Numbered from the stretch's first letter, positions 37,801 through 43,522 are shown. The stretch is DNA of 49,270 bases from Candidatus Aenigmatarchaeota archaeon (GCA_016932615.1 JAFGCN010000017.1:1-49270); one strand, 5' to 3'. The notes: a model not told the origin generated them from the sequence alone. Numbers and translations: made by a program.

Positions 37801-38471
37801 ACTGCAACGATGGCAATAACGCCTCCTGGAGGGTTGGCACCTTCTATTATGACGGTGACGAGGATGGGTTCCACCTTTGGGGAGAGGAAAACCAGAATGA
37901 AGAAGACCTGTTTTCGATATGCTACGGCTCTGAAATCCCAATTGGTTACTCGGAAAGCACTTCCGGGAGGGATTGCGATGATGATGATTCTGCAGTAAGC
38001 CCTGCAGCGCAGGAGATTTGCAATAACACTATTGATGACGATTGCGATGGCCTGGTTGACTGCGATGATGAGCAGTGCGAAGCTGAATGCTCTGAGGAAG
38101 AAAGCGGGAACGGCGCAGAAGATGAGCTTTCCTGCGAGCCGGAGCTTACTTGCGATTATGGAATATGCGCGGATGACTCCTGGTGCATGGACAATGTCTG
38201 CACGCCGCAGGGCTATGAAATCGGAAGATTTGTGTCCGAGAGCGTTACGAGCTGGAATTATGGCTGCGACGCTTACTGCGGCTCAACAACCTCGCAAAAC
38301 CAGTGCGCCTCCTCTGAAGGCGATGCAATAGGCACTGCTGCCTGCGGGAGGTGCGAGTGCTGGCACGATACCGAAACGAGCTGCGCTGATGAACTTGACA
38401 ATGACTGCGACGAATTGATTGATTGTGATGACCCTGACTGTAGTCAGGATGATAATTGCATTCCTGTGTGA
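28848..38471 (+). CDS. Giant secreted multidomain surface protein (3207 aa): signal peptide, Cys-rich repeats, vWA, about 11 tandem Ig-like repeats, beta-propeller-like region, MopE-like Cys/Asp repeats
   Basis: Signal peptide MSLPWKKGSSASFKLSLCLITLILLAFCVNA. CGDGEIEAPESCDDANTDDADGCSSSC and CGNGIITATEECDDANTDDSDGCGSSC at nt ~29596-29860 (a third copy near 36118-36213). vWA metal-ion-binding (MIDAS) motif IALIIDNSGSID (~29901). About 11 repeats of ~115 aa, each ending in ...H.LE(W/Y)YC.D.LGN.E......VD.TPP.T.K, at nt ~31885-35680. NGTDGS-containing propeller-like repeats at ~36350-37440. C-terminal DLDGDGYS...DCNDGN / DCDDDDS...CNNTIDDDCDG motifs. No TM or C-terminal anchor. Confidence 0.8.
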   Translation: MSLPWKKGSSASFKLSLCLITLILLAFCVNADTYSAFCTTGTEIYTDKPDYEPGETVNITGHGFLPKAPLNITITRPDRVTDSCGSSSCYFRFLNGTLISDREGSFFDYLYLLNGITGNYTVRVTDGKNYAEFCFMDGRNITNVTLDGLSSVSVLPSASITAAVTLVSTSGSYWRSTMYQIEGESAVCVDTPDHTESGTHTYTEPFSITAPSAPGVYDASFIAYLNNDCTGSSPSNTYTLIDGITVTSDAVCGDGEIEAPESCDDANTDDADGCSSSCQVESGWSCAGEPSSCAEVCGNGIITATEECDDANTDDSDGCGSSCAIEAGWSCTGEPSECLVYNPALPSSCGIDIALIIDNSGSIDNSELTAMKNAFKGFVDAFLPDTPTHIAVVKFNTDGDLVLDYSGDATEIKNAIDSVSTSDGYTNWDDGLKEAQDEFDNSPKPDLYVFASDGQPNRHGDPAVDGEPESLAAAIERANQLKLSGVRIITLGIGVTGDGASNLKAISSEDAYYSSGFDTLADDLADLADELCGGTITVRKLVDGSPAGGWEFSASVTDGESIPATSTTGEDGFIDPVFDINITDTVSTVDITETPKQGYNFVSAACKDQDENPVGTPGVGTVTGIVIGPNDAVYCEFNNSGVLCSEHSNSESCEEDEGCKWCPSCNNPFRNVYYPLGNCISESAECAWNGCSVECGAECDTETPCLPKQDENYCYYGGECNSSCLCGYLSQFCPPPGTEDNGTCYYGEQSCTENGCQVTSAEMSCPGLVCDEILGPVDMIGPVTSNFTADPIPPQFLPGPLPAKWLVNISALETEDCSNVSAAEYFVSKNVCYYPPDTERGTPMGALDGSFGGLVELVNTTHTFNEENDGLYCFSIRGKNDAGYWGNIYCDCINVDTQVPLDPTNVTLTPYICNQNRTLNAKVCDAESDVVGGEYYFDIFTDWIPGGQGLLMYVQSQYVLEEPEGRYFCANLNATIDVTNVSDGCHWVRLHGVDDAGNWGKPSPNYQHKFILDKTPPRTNKMINGTVIPCDLADDGEGNALDAGCFYTVQGTEILLEGFDDLGSQNESCRAESLTTWYRIRWRNNWTSPWEDWSIWTLYREPIVLREDSIHEIEYYSEDSCGNAETHHYELDIVDTAEPKTEKTIEGVRLEGDGQTFDWWITQESTIILNCTDTDPHPVSGVTLYWRYKVDGGNFTGWNEVFGGYDAFSYPEDSVHTLEYYCTDILGNREETQVEVDKVDTTPPETNKTYGWPLFDTDGSYPKWINSSTPVTLESTDGGEICAVGVDKTYWMNTIVNDYMCEEAPLNCQPVHDFEDEGWTEYTAPFYKTETSCHLIEYWSEDRLGNRERIKAQCVFVDNEPPVSVKGIQGPQIETDCREIGEGNYSDGCYYVTTETEVTLECRDSLPHPVGNVDLFYKIDWKNATGDTWISGTWIKSTNPVTFSYENDSFHLLEWYCIDALGNAEEVRTELDMVDSSPPEVVKQVNGALMGNSTIDWYLNGTSNITLNCTDVMPHPVGDVTLNWTLYWSEECIRPDWEELASGVTDGYKSFTSFRDSCHKLVYWCSDALENTGPLTEEIDAVDTKPPVSWKDINGTYVNCTEGEVCDKWITQNTLLELYCEDQAPHPVGGVKIYYRYFVDDVLFQDWTEYTRAINYGEDSVHRLEWYCVDALGNKEETQVEIDKVDTTPPEMNKIIGEPKIECTEGEGCDYWLRDHYTNITLDPVDGGDVCAIDRVQCDYWYLVNNTTWEGPFEYRGPIVFTEDCLHELHISCRDALGNVVNDTELFRVDSQPPVTVKSFIGPKYPASEKDEEQFELTEEQAENFWMRDHVTVVELNATDTIEPCAVGIRELWYRVGKDMDGDEMVDGLEMGNWSVVTGSYVNFTVNEDCLHKIEWYSVDMLGNTEEKRSQYHRVDSTPPVTTKTFDGPTWDDTDKTNPYWENYWVSNETDIILLAVDEASPCAVGVDYIHYELWWDSDGDGEVDMKIDDENASSSIVTINLERDCIHKIVWYAVDLLGNPEDEHIQYHKVDQTPPRTYKLIEGSMCNATEEDLELFNLTLDEEIESFWLTSNSTITLSAVEGMTNCSSGLDHLHYEVWYSEDGTGDEWVKLDEQDVPANGSSELNTTLTLGEDCLHKIVWYAVDRVENIEKVHIQYHRVDNHAPEILKEVGWPSIYMGKNPQTGEDAWDITTDTPISLDGTYDALEPCASGRTKIEYSIWYDGSGIWDSWKTYTGEFNLLGDSTHRLKVRVTDCLGNTVEDIETFVVHENLPGEECKVPIKYSGMFGWEWRSVEIPEMMVDLYTNDSRMWNVMKLMEGQYDIIYFQDYLTGDWTSYDPERLNNETGEPMNSLNDFDQGPGKYYIKLKDDARYMSYFVIFNDLREGCSMDLTECWDRLDNDADGYWDYPYDTECLDREDGLEISVCGNGITERFEECDDNNTQGGDGCSEECTLELVNDSCVSEKGYTLNADFDEGTLSGLEHTTVPDQLQIIEGQVTTYPILWVANAGEDSVSKWDTSQNRELARYHTWFGVLADHGAWSGAAPSRTAVDTDGNCYVANRHFDDYPADVIKILANDWIDRNGNGIMDTSYDANNNSVIEGGEMLPMNDTNGNERIDPEEITDERVAWVATVGPSSGLGRGLAIDLEGNIWLGLFNERSYYKLNGTDGSVIQGPIYVGAHTPYGALVDRYGFLWGASLDNNLLKLDTNTGNWTIYTHSGSNYGIALGYDSEGSTQVYLGYHNPYLQFNSSDETFSQPATSDYYSYGVATDSEGNILSGSNSDGRMGKYAPDGSLIWLAPAQVASEIRGTVVDSDDNVWAIHRGDSKMAKFNGTDGSPLGVFDTGLQPYTYSDASGLGLRGSISVGVWTVVFDSKKNGTSFDAVSWTGYSPNGTSITVKVRSSSDNLSWSSWETAQNGVSLSTTPDGRYLQVEATLKGVAGSESPILYDLSVQATCSDDLDARIDSCTDLDGDGYSIEGEDCGPVDCNDGNNASWRVGTFYYDGDEDGFHLWGEENQNEEDLFSICYGSEIPIGYSESTSGRDCDDDDSAVSPAAQEICNNTIDDDCDGLVDCDDEQCEAECSEEESGNGAEDELSCEPELTCDYGICADDSWCMDNVCTPQGYEIGRFVSESVTSWNYGCDAYCGSTTSQNQCASSEGDAIGTAACGRCECWHDTETSCADELDNDCDELIDCDDPDCSQDDNCIPV

Positions 38472-38482
38472 GGTGACTTAAG

Positions 38483-39373
38483 ATGAACGCAAAACTTGTT
38501 TTGGCTGGTTTTTTCTTGCTTCTGGTGTCTGTGGCTCCTGCATTTGCCGCTTTTCCGGGAGACTGGTGGGGACGAGCTTATGTAGGAAGCGACCTTGCGC
38601 CTGACGGGACTCCCGTAAGCGCTTACATTGACGGGGAGTTGTATGACACGACCCTTGTTGGGGAGAGGATTGGCCCTGGCTACTATGAGCTTATTGTTTC
38701 AGATGCAGATGAAGGCGACACAATCGTGTTTAAGATTGGCTCAGTTGAAGCGCAGGAGGGGGCTGTTTTTTCTGATGGCTCTCACGAGCAGCTTGACCTG
38801 ACGCTTGCTGGCCCCGCGTGTGGCGACACACTATGCAACGGAGAGGAGTCTTCTTCCACCTGCCCTGAAGATTGCCCTCCAGCCCAGACCACTTCCTCGA
38901 GCAGTTCCAGCCATTCATCAAGCTCGTCTATAACCCCTTCTTCTTCATCAAGCTCGGATGATGTCGAGGGGCTTGAGTGGGTTACGGTAAATAAAACAGA
39001 AAAATGCAGCGAGAACTGGACTTGTGAGGACTGGTCAGAGTGCATAAATGGTTTCCAGACCAGGGTTTGCATAGACCTTAATGATTGCTCCACATTTGAT
39101 GATATGCCTCCAGTGTCACAGGAGTGTGATTTCTCGTCGGTTGAAGTTACCTGCGGTGACGGCATATGCAGCCCCGGGGAAATATGCGAAGCAGACTGCG
39201 CGCCTAAGACAGAGAGCCCAAGCGAGAATGGTGACGACTTGCTTACCAATATATTTACAGGAAGGTTCCTTACAAGCCCTACCGGGATAGGTATTGGGAT
39301 TTTGCTCCTGCTTTTGATTGGCTTGGGATATTACTTTTTTATCTACAGGAAGAAAAAGAAAACTGCAGAATAA
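38483..39373 (+). CDS. Secreted Cys-rich protein with a Ser-rich linker and a C-terminal TM anchor plus KKKK stop-transfer tail
   Basis: Signal peptide MNAKLVLAGFFLLLVSVAPAFA. CGDTLCNGEESSSTCPEDCP and CGDGICSPGEICEADC motifs. TTSSSSSSHSSSSSITPSSSSSS linker. C-terminus GIGIGILLLLLIGLGYYFFIYRKKKKTAE. Starts 12 nt after the giant gene. Confidence 0.6.
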   Translation: MNAKLVLAGFFLLLVSVAPAFAAFPGDWWGRAYVGSDLAPDGTPVSAYIDGELYDTTLVGERIGPGYYELIVSDADEGDTIVFKIGSVEAQEGAVFSDGSHEQLDLTLAGPACGDTLCNGEESSSTCPEDCPPAQTTSSSSSSHSSSSSITPSSSSSSDDVEGLEWVTVNKTEKCSENWTCEDWSECINGFQTRVCIDLNDCSTFDDMPPVSQECDFSSVEVTCGDGICSPGEICEADCAPKTESPSENGDDLLTNIFTGRFLTSPTGIGIGILLLLLIGLGYYFFIYRKKKKTAE

Positions 39374-39382
39374 GGGTTGTTT

Positions 39383-39572
39383 TGCCTCTGCGGGGAATTT
39401 CGCTTCAACCCCCTGCCTTAGGGTTATTTGAGGGCTGTTTTTTCGAACCCCGGATCACCTCCTAGCTGCCATTTGATTCCAAGAAATTTTTTCTTGGGGT
39501 TGTCAGACCTTTAGCCAATTAAGCTGAAGGGATGACCGCAGGGAAGCATGTTATCCACTACACTACAGAGGC
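39383..39572 (-). tRNA. tRNA-Arg(GCG) with two introns (anticodon loop 37/38, and T-loop)
   Basis: Minus strand: acceptor GCCUCUG/CAGAGGC (7 perfect bp), U8 A9, D-arm GUGU-AGUGGAUA-ACAU, anticodon stem CUUCC / GGAGG with loop CUGCGG interrupted after G37 by about 70 nt. T-stem CGGGG, then UUCGAAA, then about 45 nt inserted before CCCCG. Discriminator A. Total 190 nt for an ~76-nt mature tRNA. Confidence 0.55.
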
Positions 39573-39610
39573 ATAAATTTATTGCCTGAAAATTGATTAA
39601 ACGTGCAAAT

Positions 39611-40339
39611 TCAGCTCGCTTGACTGTTTGCAAGGCCCGCAAGAGGGTCAGTAGGGGTGTTTTCGCTTTCAGACCTCTCGATTTCCTTTTTTATTTCCTC
39701 CATTTCCCTGACATCTATATCGATGTCTTCGAATATAATTTCCTGGTGGACAGAAACCTTCTGCTGGTTTGCCAGGTGAAGCATGGCGACAAAATACTTT
39801 GCAGACTCCAGCTGCTCTTTTCCTTTTGTGATGGTGTAGTAGGTAGTTTTCCTTATTTTTCTTAGCTCCCTGTAGACCCTGTCGACATAGTTGTCTATGT
39901 CAAGCTCCAGGAGCTTTTTTATGTTCTCGATTTTGTGCTCCTTGTTTATGCGTATTTCTTCTTTTACCTGCGTGTCCTTTACAATCTTTCCAAGGGCGTA
40001 AGTAAGCTCTTCGAAGGTGATGTTTCGCACAGGTATTCTCTTGATAGGCATTTCAAGCAGGTTGATGCCGTTTATGTCAAGAACTTCCGGGATTCTTTCC
40101 TGGACCGGCTTTTCCATAAGCGTTTCTGACTTCATCCTGAGAAGGACTGCTGAGATGAGTATAAACCTTGCCGGAATCCTGAAGTTTATGGTCTCAAGCT
40201 TTGAAAGGTGCTCTACAAGGGCTTCGGAAAGCACCACAATGTTTATGTTCCAGAGGTCCATGCCTTTTTCGAGCACTATTTCTTTCAGGGCGGACTCCCA
40301 GTCGGAACCATTGACTATCAAATCCAGAACTTTGTCCAT
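39611..40339 (-). CDS. scpA: Segregation and condensation protein A (ScpA, kleisin). Start at the internal MDKVLDL; the track ORF extends to 40630.
   Basis: MDKVLDLIVNGSDWESALKEIVLEKGMDLWNINIVVLSEALVEHL...ILISAVLLRMKSETL matches the ScpA N-terminal signature (LDL...G.DW......DPW.IDI..L...Y). C-terminal winged-helix region. The 40339-40630 extension overlaps the promoter region of the divergent gene. Confidence 0.65.
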   Translation of the reverse strand: MDKVLDLIVNGSDWESALKEIVLEKGMDLWNINIVVLSEALVEHLSKLETINFRIPARFILISAVLLRMKSETLMEKPVQERIPEVLDINGINLLEMPIKRIPVRNITFEELTYALGKIVKDTQVKEEIRINKEHKIENIKKLLELDIDNYVDRVYRELRKIRKTTYYTITKGKEQLESAKYFVAMLHLANQQKVSVHQEIIFEDIDIDVREMEEIKKEIERSESENTPTDPLAGLANSQAS

Positions 40340-40421
40340 AATCAAACATATTTGTATTTTTATGCCATGCTTCTGCGCCGTCTGAGCATTTTTGAATATT
40401 CCTAATATATAATATACCTTT

Positions 40422-40988
40422 ATGGACCTCCTCGAATGCCTTAACTTTCTGAAGGATAACGGAATCAGCATAGCGAGCACTAAGCATGTGCGGGGCATGC
40501 CTGAGGAGTTTCCTGTAGTGCTCAAGGCAAATGTTTTGGAGCACAAGTCTGAACAGAACCTGGTGCGGATTATACACTGCCCTGGGGAGTTTGGCGAGGC
40601 GTGGCACAAGATGGGAAAAACCCAGGACATACTGGTTCAGGAGAGGGTTTCCGGCATAGAGCTGATACTTGGAATACATACGGATGAGACCTTTGGCAAG
40701 GTGATAATGGCTGGGGCAGGAGGCATATTTACCCAGGTCATGATGGACGTTTCCTTCCGTGCAGTCCCGCTAACAAGGCAGGATGCCTCAGAGATGATAA
40801 AAGAGCTTAGGATTTACGAGGTCCTGAAGGGCTTTCGGGGCAAAAGCTATGACTTGTCCCTCGTGGAGGACGCGATACTGAAGCTTTCAGAAATCGCAGA
40901 AAACCACCCTGAGATTAGCAGCCTGGACATTAACCCCTTCATAATCAATGACCGACGGGGCGTGGCAGTTGACTGCAGGATATTTTGA
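40422..40988 (+). CDS. ATP-grasp domain protein related to ADP-forming acetyl-CoA synthetase beta subunit
   Basis: GISIASTKHV...FPVVLKANVLEHKSEQNLVRI and ELILGIHTDETFGKVIMAGAGGIFTQVMMDVSFRAVPLT...LDINPFII match the ACD beta / ATP-grasp_5 pattern. 188 aa. Confidence 0.6.
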   Translation: MDLLECLNFLKDNGISIASTKHVRGMPEEFPVVLKANVLEHKSEQNLVRIIHCPGEFGEAWHKMGKTQDILVQERVSGIELILGIHTDETFGKVIMAGAGGIFTQVMMDVSFRAVPLTRQDASEMIKELRIYEVLKGFRGKSYDLSLVEDAILKLSEIAENHPEISSLDINPFIINDRRGVAVDCRIF

Positions 40989-41058
40989 AAGCCCTACTGT
41001 TGTAGTGCTATTGTCACGCTCTTTGGTATATTAATAAGCCACCGGAAGGGAGTTTATT

Positions 41059-41655
41059 ATGGCAAAGGCGGTAACTCGGGAAGATGTACTGGATAGGGTA
41101 GCCCTTTTTGGCTTTCCTAGGGTTTCTGGTTTCAGGGAGCCGTTTCCTGTAAGAGAGGGGCTTGGTTTTGTTTTACCCCGGTATGTGGAATATGCTCCCA
41201 GGTATGTGGCAGCGGGAGACGACGTGCTTCAGACGCCAGGTTGCGCCTTGGAGCTTTATCCTGACCTGTCGGGTACCAGGCCTGAATGGTACCCTTATGG
41301 ATTTGACTTTGCCGGTTTGAAGGAGGACAAGTTTCCAAAGGGAAGCGATTTTGATTATGATGTTATTGGTGTGGGAGTAATTGGAGGTTTAATAGGTCCC
41401 GCAAGGACTGCATTTAAGTTTCCTGGAGAAGTCGTAAGAGGGGTAGCACAACTTGAGGGTTTGGATTCAAGCGGCACAACCCTCTACAAAGTGCTTAATT
41501 TTGGCAAAGGAAAAACGCTAGGGGATATACTGCCTACCGTAGAAAAGGTATTGGGGGCTGGAGAGGAACTTGAGAGGATAGCTAAAAGAAGGATTGATGA
41601 ACAGATGCGTGCAGAGGTCAGGTCTGTGGTGGAGGAATTTCAGGACCTTAAGTAG
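41059..41655 (+). CDS. Hypothetical protein; no recognisable motif; visibly higher GC than neighbours
   Basis: 198-aa ORF with coding-like composition. Sits immediately upstream of the tRNA cluster. Confidence 0.4.
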   Translation: MAKAVTREDVLDRVALFGFPRVSGFREPFPVREGLGFVLPRYVEYAPRYVAAGDDVLQTPGCALELYPDLSGTRPEWYPYGFDFAGLKEDKFPKGSDFDYDVIGVGVIGGLIGPARTAFKFPGEVVRGVAQLEGLDSSGTTLYKVLNFGKGKTLGDILPTVEKVLGAGEELERIAKRRIDEQMRAEVRSVVEEFQDLK

Positions 41656-41674
41656 ATTAGGGAGTAGTTTGATG

Positions 41675-41765
41675 AAATATAGCCCCGCACGGTCAGTCCT
41701 TCTTTCTTAAAAAGAAAGAAGGTCCGACACCACCAAGAAAGAACTGCCCTCTTTGGCTAAATTGT
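41675..41765 (-). pseudogene. Degenerate partial copy of the adjacent intron-containing tRNA (tRNA fragment / pseudo-tRNA)
   Basis: Minus strand ...GGTGGTGTCGGACC-[CCTTCTTTCTT/AAGAAAGAAGG hairpin]-ACTGACCGTGCGGGGC-TATA parallels the neighbouring tRNA's GTGGTGTAGCGGCC, its CCTTTTCTT/AAGAAAAGG hairpin, ...GCGCGGGGC-TATA. It lacks a T-arm and the 5' acceptor strand. Confidence 0.35.
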
Positions 41766-41773
41766 TAATTTAT

Positions 41774-41952
41774 AGCCCCGCGCGGATTCGAATTCCGCGA
41801 AAAGTTTTCTTTTGGGGGTTGTAAGACCTTTTCTTATCAAGAAAAGGGATTTCCGCGGTCACAGGCTAGCTTCAATCATTGGCTAAGGATTTCTCCCGCC
41901 TCAAACCTTTGATTTCCAAAGGCCTGTATGCTTGGCCGCTACACCACGGGGC
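41774..41952 (-). tRNA. tRNA gene with about 100 nt of intervening sequence (intron or introns); anticodon not confidently assigned
   Basis: Minus strand: 5' GCCCCGU pairs with 3' GCGGGGC (7 bp). D-arm UGUA-GCGGCCAAGCA-UACA. Perfect T-arm GCGGA-AUUCGAA-UCCGC immediately before the 3' acceptor strand. Discriminator U. 179 nt in total. The internal hairpin CCUUUUCUU-GAU-AAGAAAAGG looks like an intron element. Confidence 0.45.
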
Positions 41953-42149
41953 TATAAAATAAAATACCTTCAAAATTATGAATATGTGGCAAAAACTCAA
42001 GGAAATCCGGAAAACCTCCAAATTCCTGAAGGTTACCCCCGAGCAGGCACCTAGTACCTTAAGAAGGTTCAAGAAAGAGATTGAAGAGAAGAAATAATGC
42101 TTGAATAGTTATATTTAGATTATTGATTATTATAGTCATTGTTTTTGAC

Positions 42150-42227
42150 AGGATACGGTAAGTGGTCAAACCCTCCAGTTTGTCGAACTGGCGCCTAAGT
42201 GACTTCGTGGGTTCGAATCCCACTCCT
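42150..42227 (+). tRNA. tRNA-Asp(GUC)-like gene with a recognisable anticodon arm, T-arm and 3' acceptor strand but no canonical 5' acceptor strand
   Basis: Anticodon stem CCAGU/ACUGG with loop UUGUCGA (U33, GUC). T-arm GUGGG-UUCGAAU-CCCAC. 3' strand UCCUUAU + U. The upstream sequence GGATACGGTAAGTGGTCAAACCC has a D-loop-like GUGG, but the 5' strand complementary to UCCUUAU is absent. The variable region is 15 nt, too long for tRNA-Asp. This suggests non-canonical introns or a split/permuted gene. Confidence 0.4.
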
Positions 42228-42252
42228 TATTCGATTGCCTAAAGGCTCTTAG

Positions 42253-43224
42253 TCAAAACCCAAGTAAATTCGTCTGCGCCGGCTTTTTCATTTCGAGCTT
42301 GTCAAGACCTTTGTTTACCCTATCTTCCGAGAAGTCATGCTCCTTGCAGAGAAGCCCGATTACCTTTTCCCTGTCGGGCCTGCCAAAAACAATATCATAA
42401 GTTTCTTCTACGGGTGGGTTCATGAAAAACTCGAAGAGGTCCTCCATTTCTATCTCGAACTCCCAAGCCACCTGCTTTTTTATCTCTTCAAGCGTCCCGA
42501 ATTTTTCGACCAAGGCAAGGGCTTTTTTCGGTCCTATCCCTGAGACTCCTTTGGGGTTATAGTCGGTTCCCACGAGAAGGCCGATCATTATCAGCTGCTT
42601 TCTTGTGAGCTTTTGCCGGGCAAGCTCAATCATCTGTAGGGTTTCTGCCTTTGAAACTGACAGGTTTCGGATAGTCTTCGGGCAGCCGAAAAGAAGGGAA
42701 TCAAAATCCTGTGTTACGGCGGCATATGCCTTTCCGTCCTGGCAGATTTTGGCGCACTGGGCCTCCCCCTCGCTTTTTGCCTGAATCACAGGGATTCCCA
42801 TGCACTCCAGAAGTTTTTTGCTTTCCTCCACCATCTCGTCGGAAACGACTGCGCTTCTCTGGGCGTACTTTCTTGCCTCCTCGAGCCGCCCCTCCTCCAT
42901 GGCTTTTTCCCACTTCTCTTTGGCATTCGTTCTTGCCTCCATCCTGCTGTCAAGCTCGGACCTTTTTGCTTCTGGGGGCTTGCCGTCAAAGACATAGACC
43001 AATTTCAGCCCCCTCTCCAGGAAATTGATGTTCCTGTAGAAGAGCCCCGACAAGTGGCTTGTTACCTGGCCTTTTGAGTCCATAAGGGGCGTTCCGTCCG
43101 CCTGGCGGATGTTTCCAAGGAACTGGTAAATCATGTTGAGCGCGTCTATTGCGAGGACTTTGCCTGAAAGGGAGGGCAGTTCAATCTGCTCGGAGACCAG
43201 AATTTCCGAAATGTTGACACCCAT
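42253..43224 (-). CDS. fen: Flap endonuclease 1 (FEN-1)
   Basis: MGVNISEILVSEQIELPSLSGKVLAIDALNMIYQFL...LVYVFDGKPPEAK (N-domain), the central I-domain with GIPVIQAKSEGEAQCA, an H3TH motif (GTDYNPKGVSGIGPKKA) and a C-terminal PCNA-binding-like tail (TNLLGF). Confidence 0.9.
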   Translation of the reverse strand: MGVNISEILVSEQIELPSLSGKVLAIDALNMIYQFLGNIRQADGTPLMDSKGQVTSHLSGLFYRNINFLERGLKLVYVFDGKPPEAKRSELDSRMEARTNAKEKWEKAMEEGRLEEARKYAQRSAVVSDEMVEESKKLLECMGIPVIQAKSEGEAQCAKICQDGKAYAAVTQDFDSLLFGCPKTIRNLSVSKAETLQMIELARQKLTRKQLIMIGLLVGTDYNPKGVSGIGPKKALALVEKFGTLEEIKKQVAWEFEIEMEDLFEFFMNPPVEETYDIVFGRPDREKVIGLLCKEHDFSEDRVNKGLDKLEMKKPAQTNLLGF

Positions 43225-43265
43225 AATATCTGATTCTGGGGCTTATTTGATTAATTTATTTCCAC

Positions 43266-43389
43266 CTTACTTTATGGGGCGGTAGCTCAGCTTGGGAGAG
43301 CGCACGGCTGAAGCATCCCTGAAAGGGCCAATAGGGTCATTTTGGGACTTAGTTACCGTGATGTCGTGGGTTCAAACCCCACCCGCCCC
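43266..43389 (+). tRNA. tRNA-Phe(GAA) with a 41-nt intron at the canonical 37/38 position
   Basis: GGGGCGG-UA-GCUC-AGCUUGGGA-GAGC-G-CACGG-CUGAAG[41-nt intron]A-CCGUG-AUGUC-GUGGG-UUCAAAC-CCCAC-CCGCCCC-A. All stems are perfect Watson-Crick. CCA is not encoded. Confidence 0.85.
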
Positions 43390-43492
43390 ATCCTCAAGAC
43401 ACTCGGATAATCGCTAGAGGAAGCAATTCAATTATAATGCAACGTTGTGGGATGCACCGTATTATCCAGTATGCCCTATTTAGTAATATGCT

Positions 43493-43504
43493 CCTATATA
43501 TGCC
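43493..43504 (+). promoter_or_regulatory. TATA-box-like element upstream of glmS (leaderless arrangement)
   Basis: cctatatatgcc centred about 25 nt upstream of the glmS ATG at 43523. Confidence 0.35.
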
Positions 43505-43522
43505 AAATTTTCAAGGTCATTC

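Noticed and set aside
40194-40679. 161-aa minus-strand ORF overlapping both scpA and the ATP-grasp gene
   Set aside because: It occupies a different frame across two well-supported genes and the intergenic promoter region. No motifs. Spurious.
41679-41787. The direct repeat TATAGCCCCGC(A/G)CGG at 41679 and 41771 considered as att-site duplication from an integrated element
   Set aside because: The copies are only about 90 bp apart with no integrase or cargo between them. A partial tRNA duplication or pseudogene explains it better.
41872-42072. 66-aa minus ORF in the tRNA cluster
   Set aside because: It lies between tRNA genes in AT-rich non-coding sequence and overlaps the 5' end of the intron-containing tRNA. 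No motifs.
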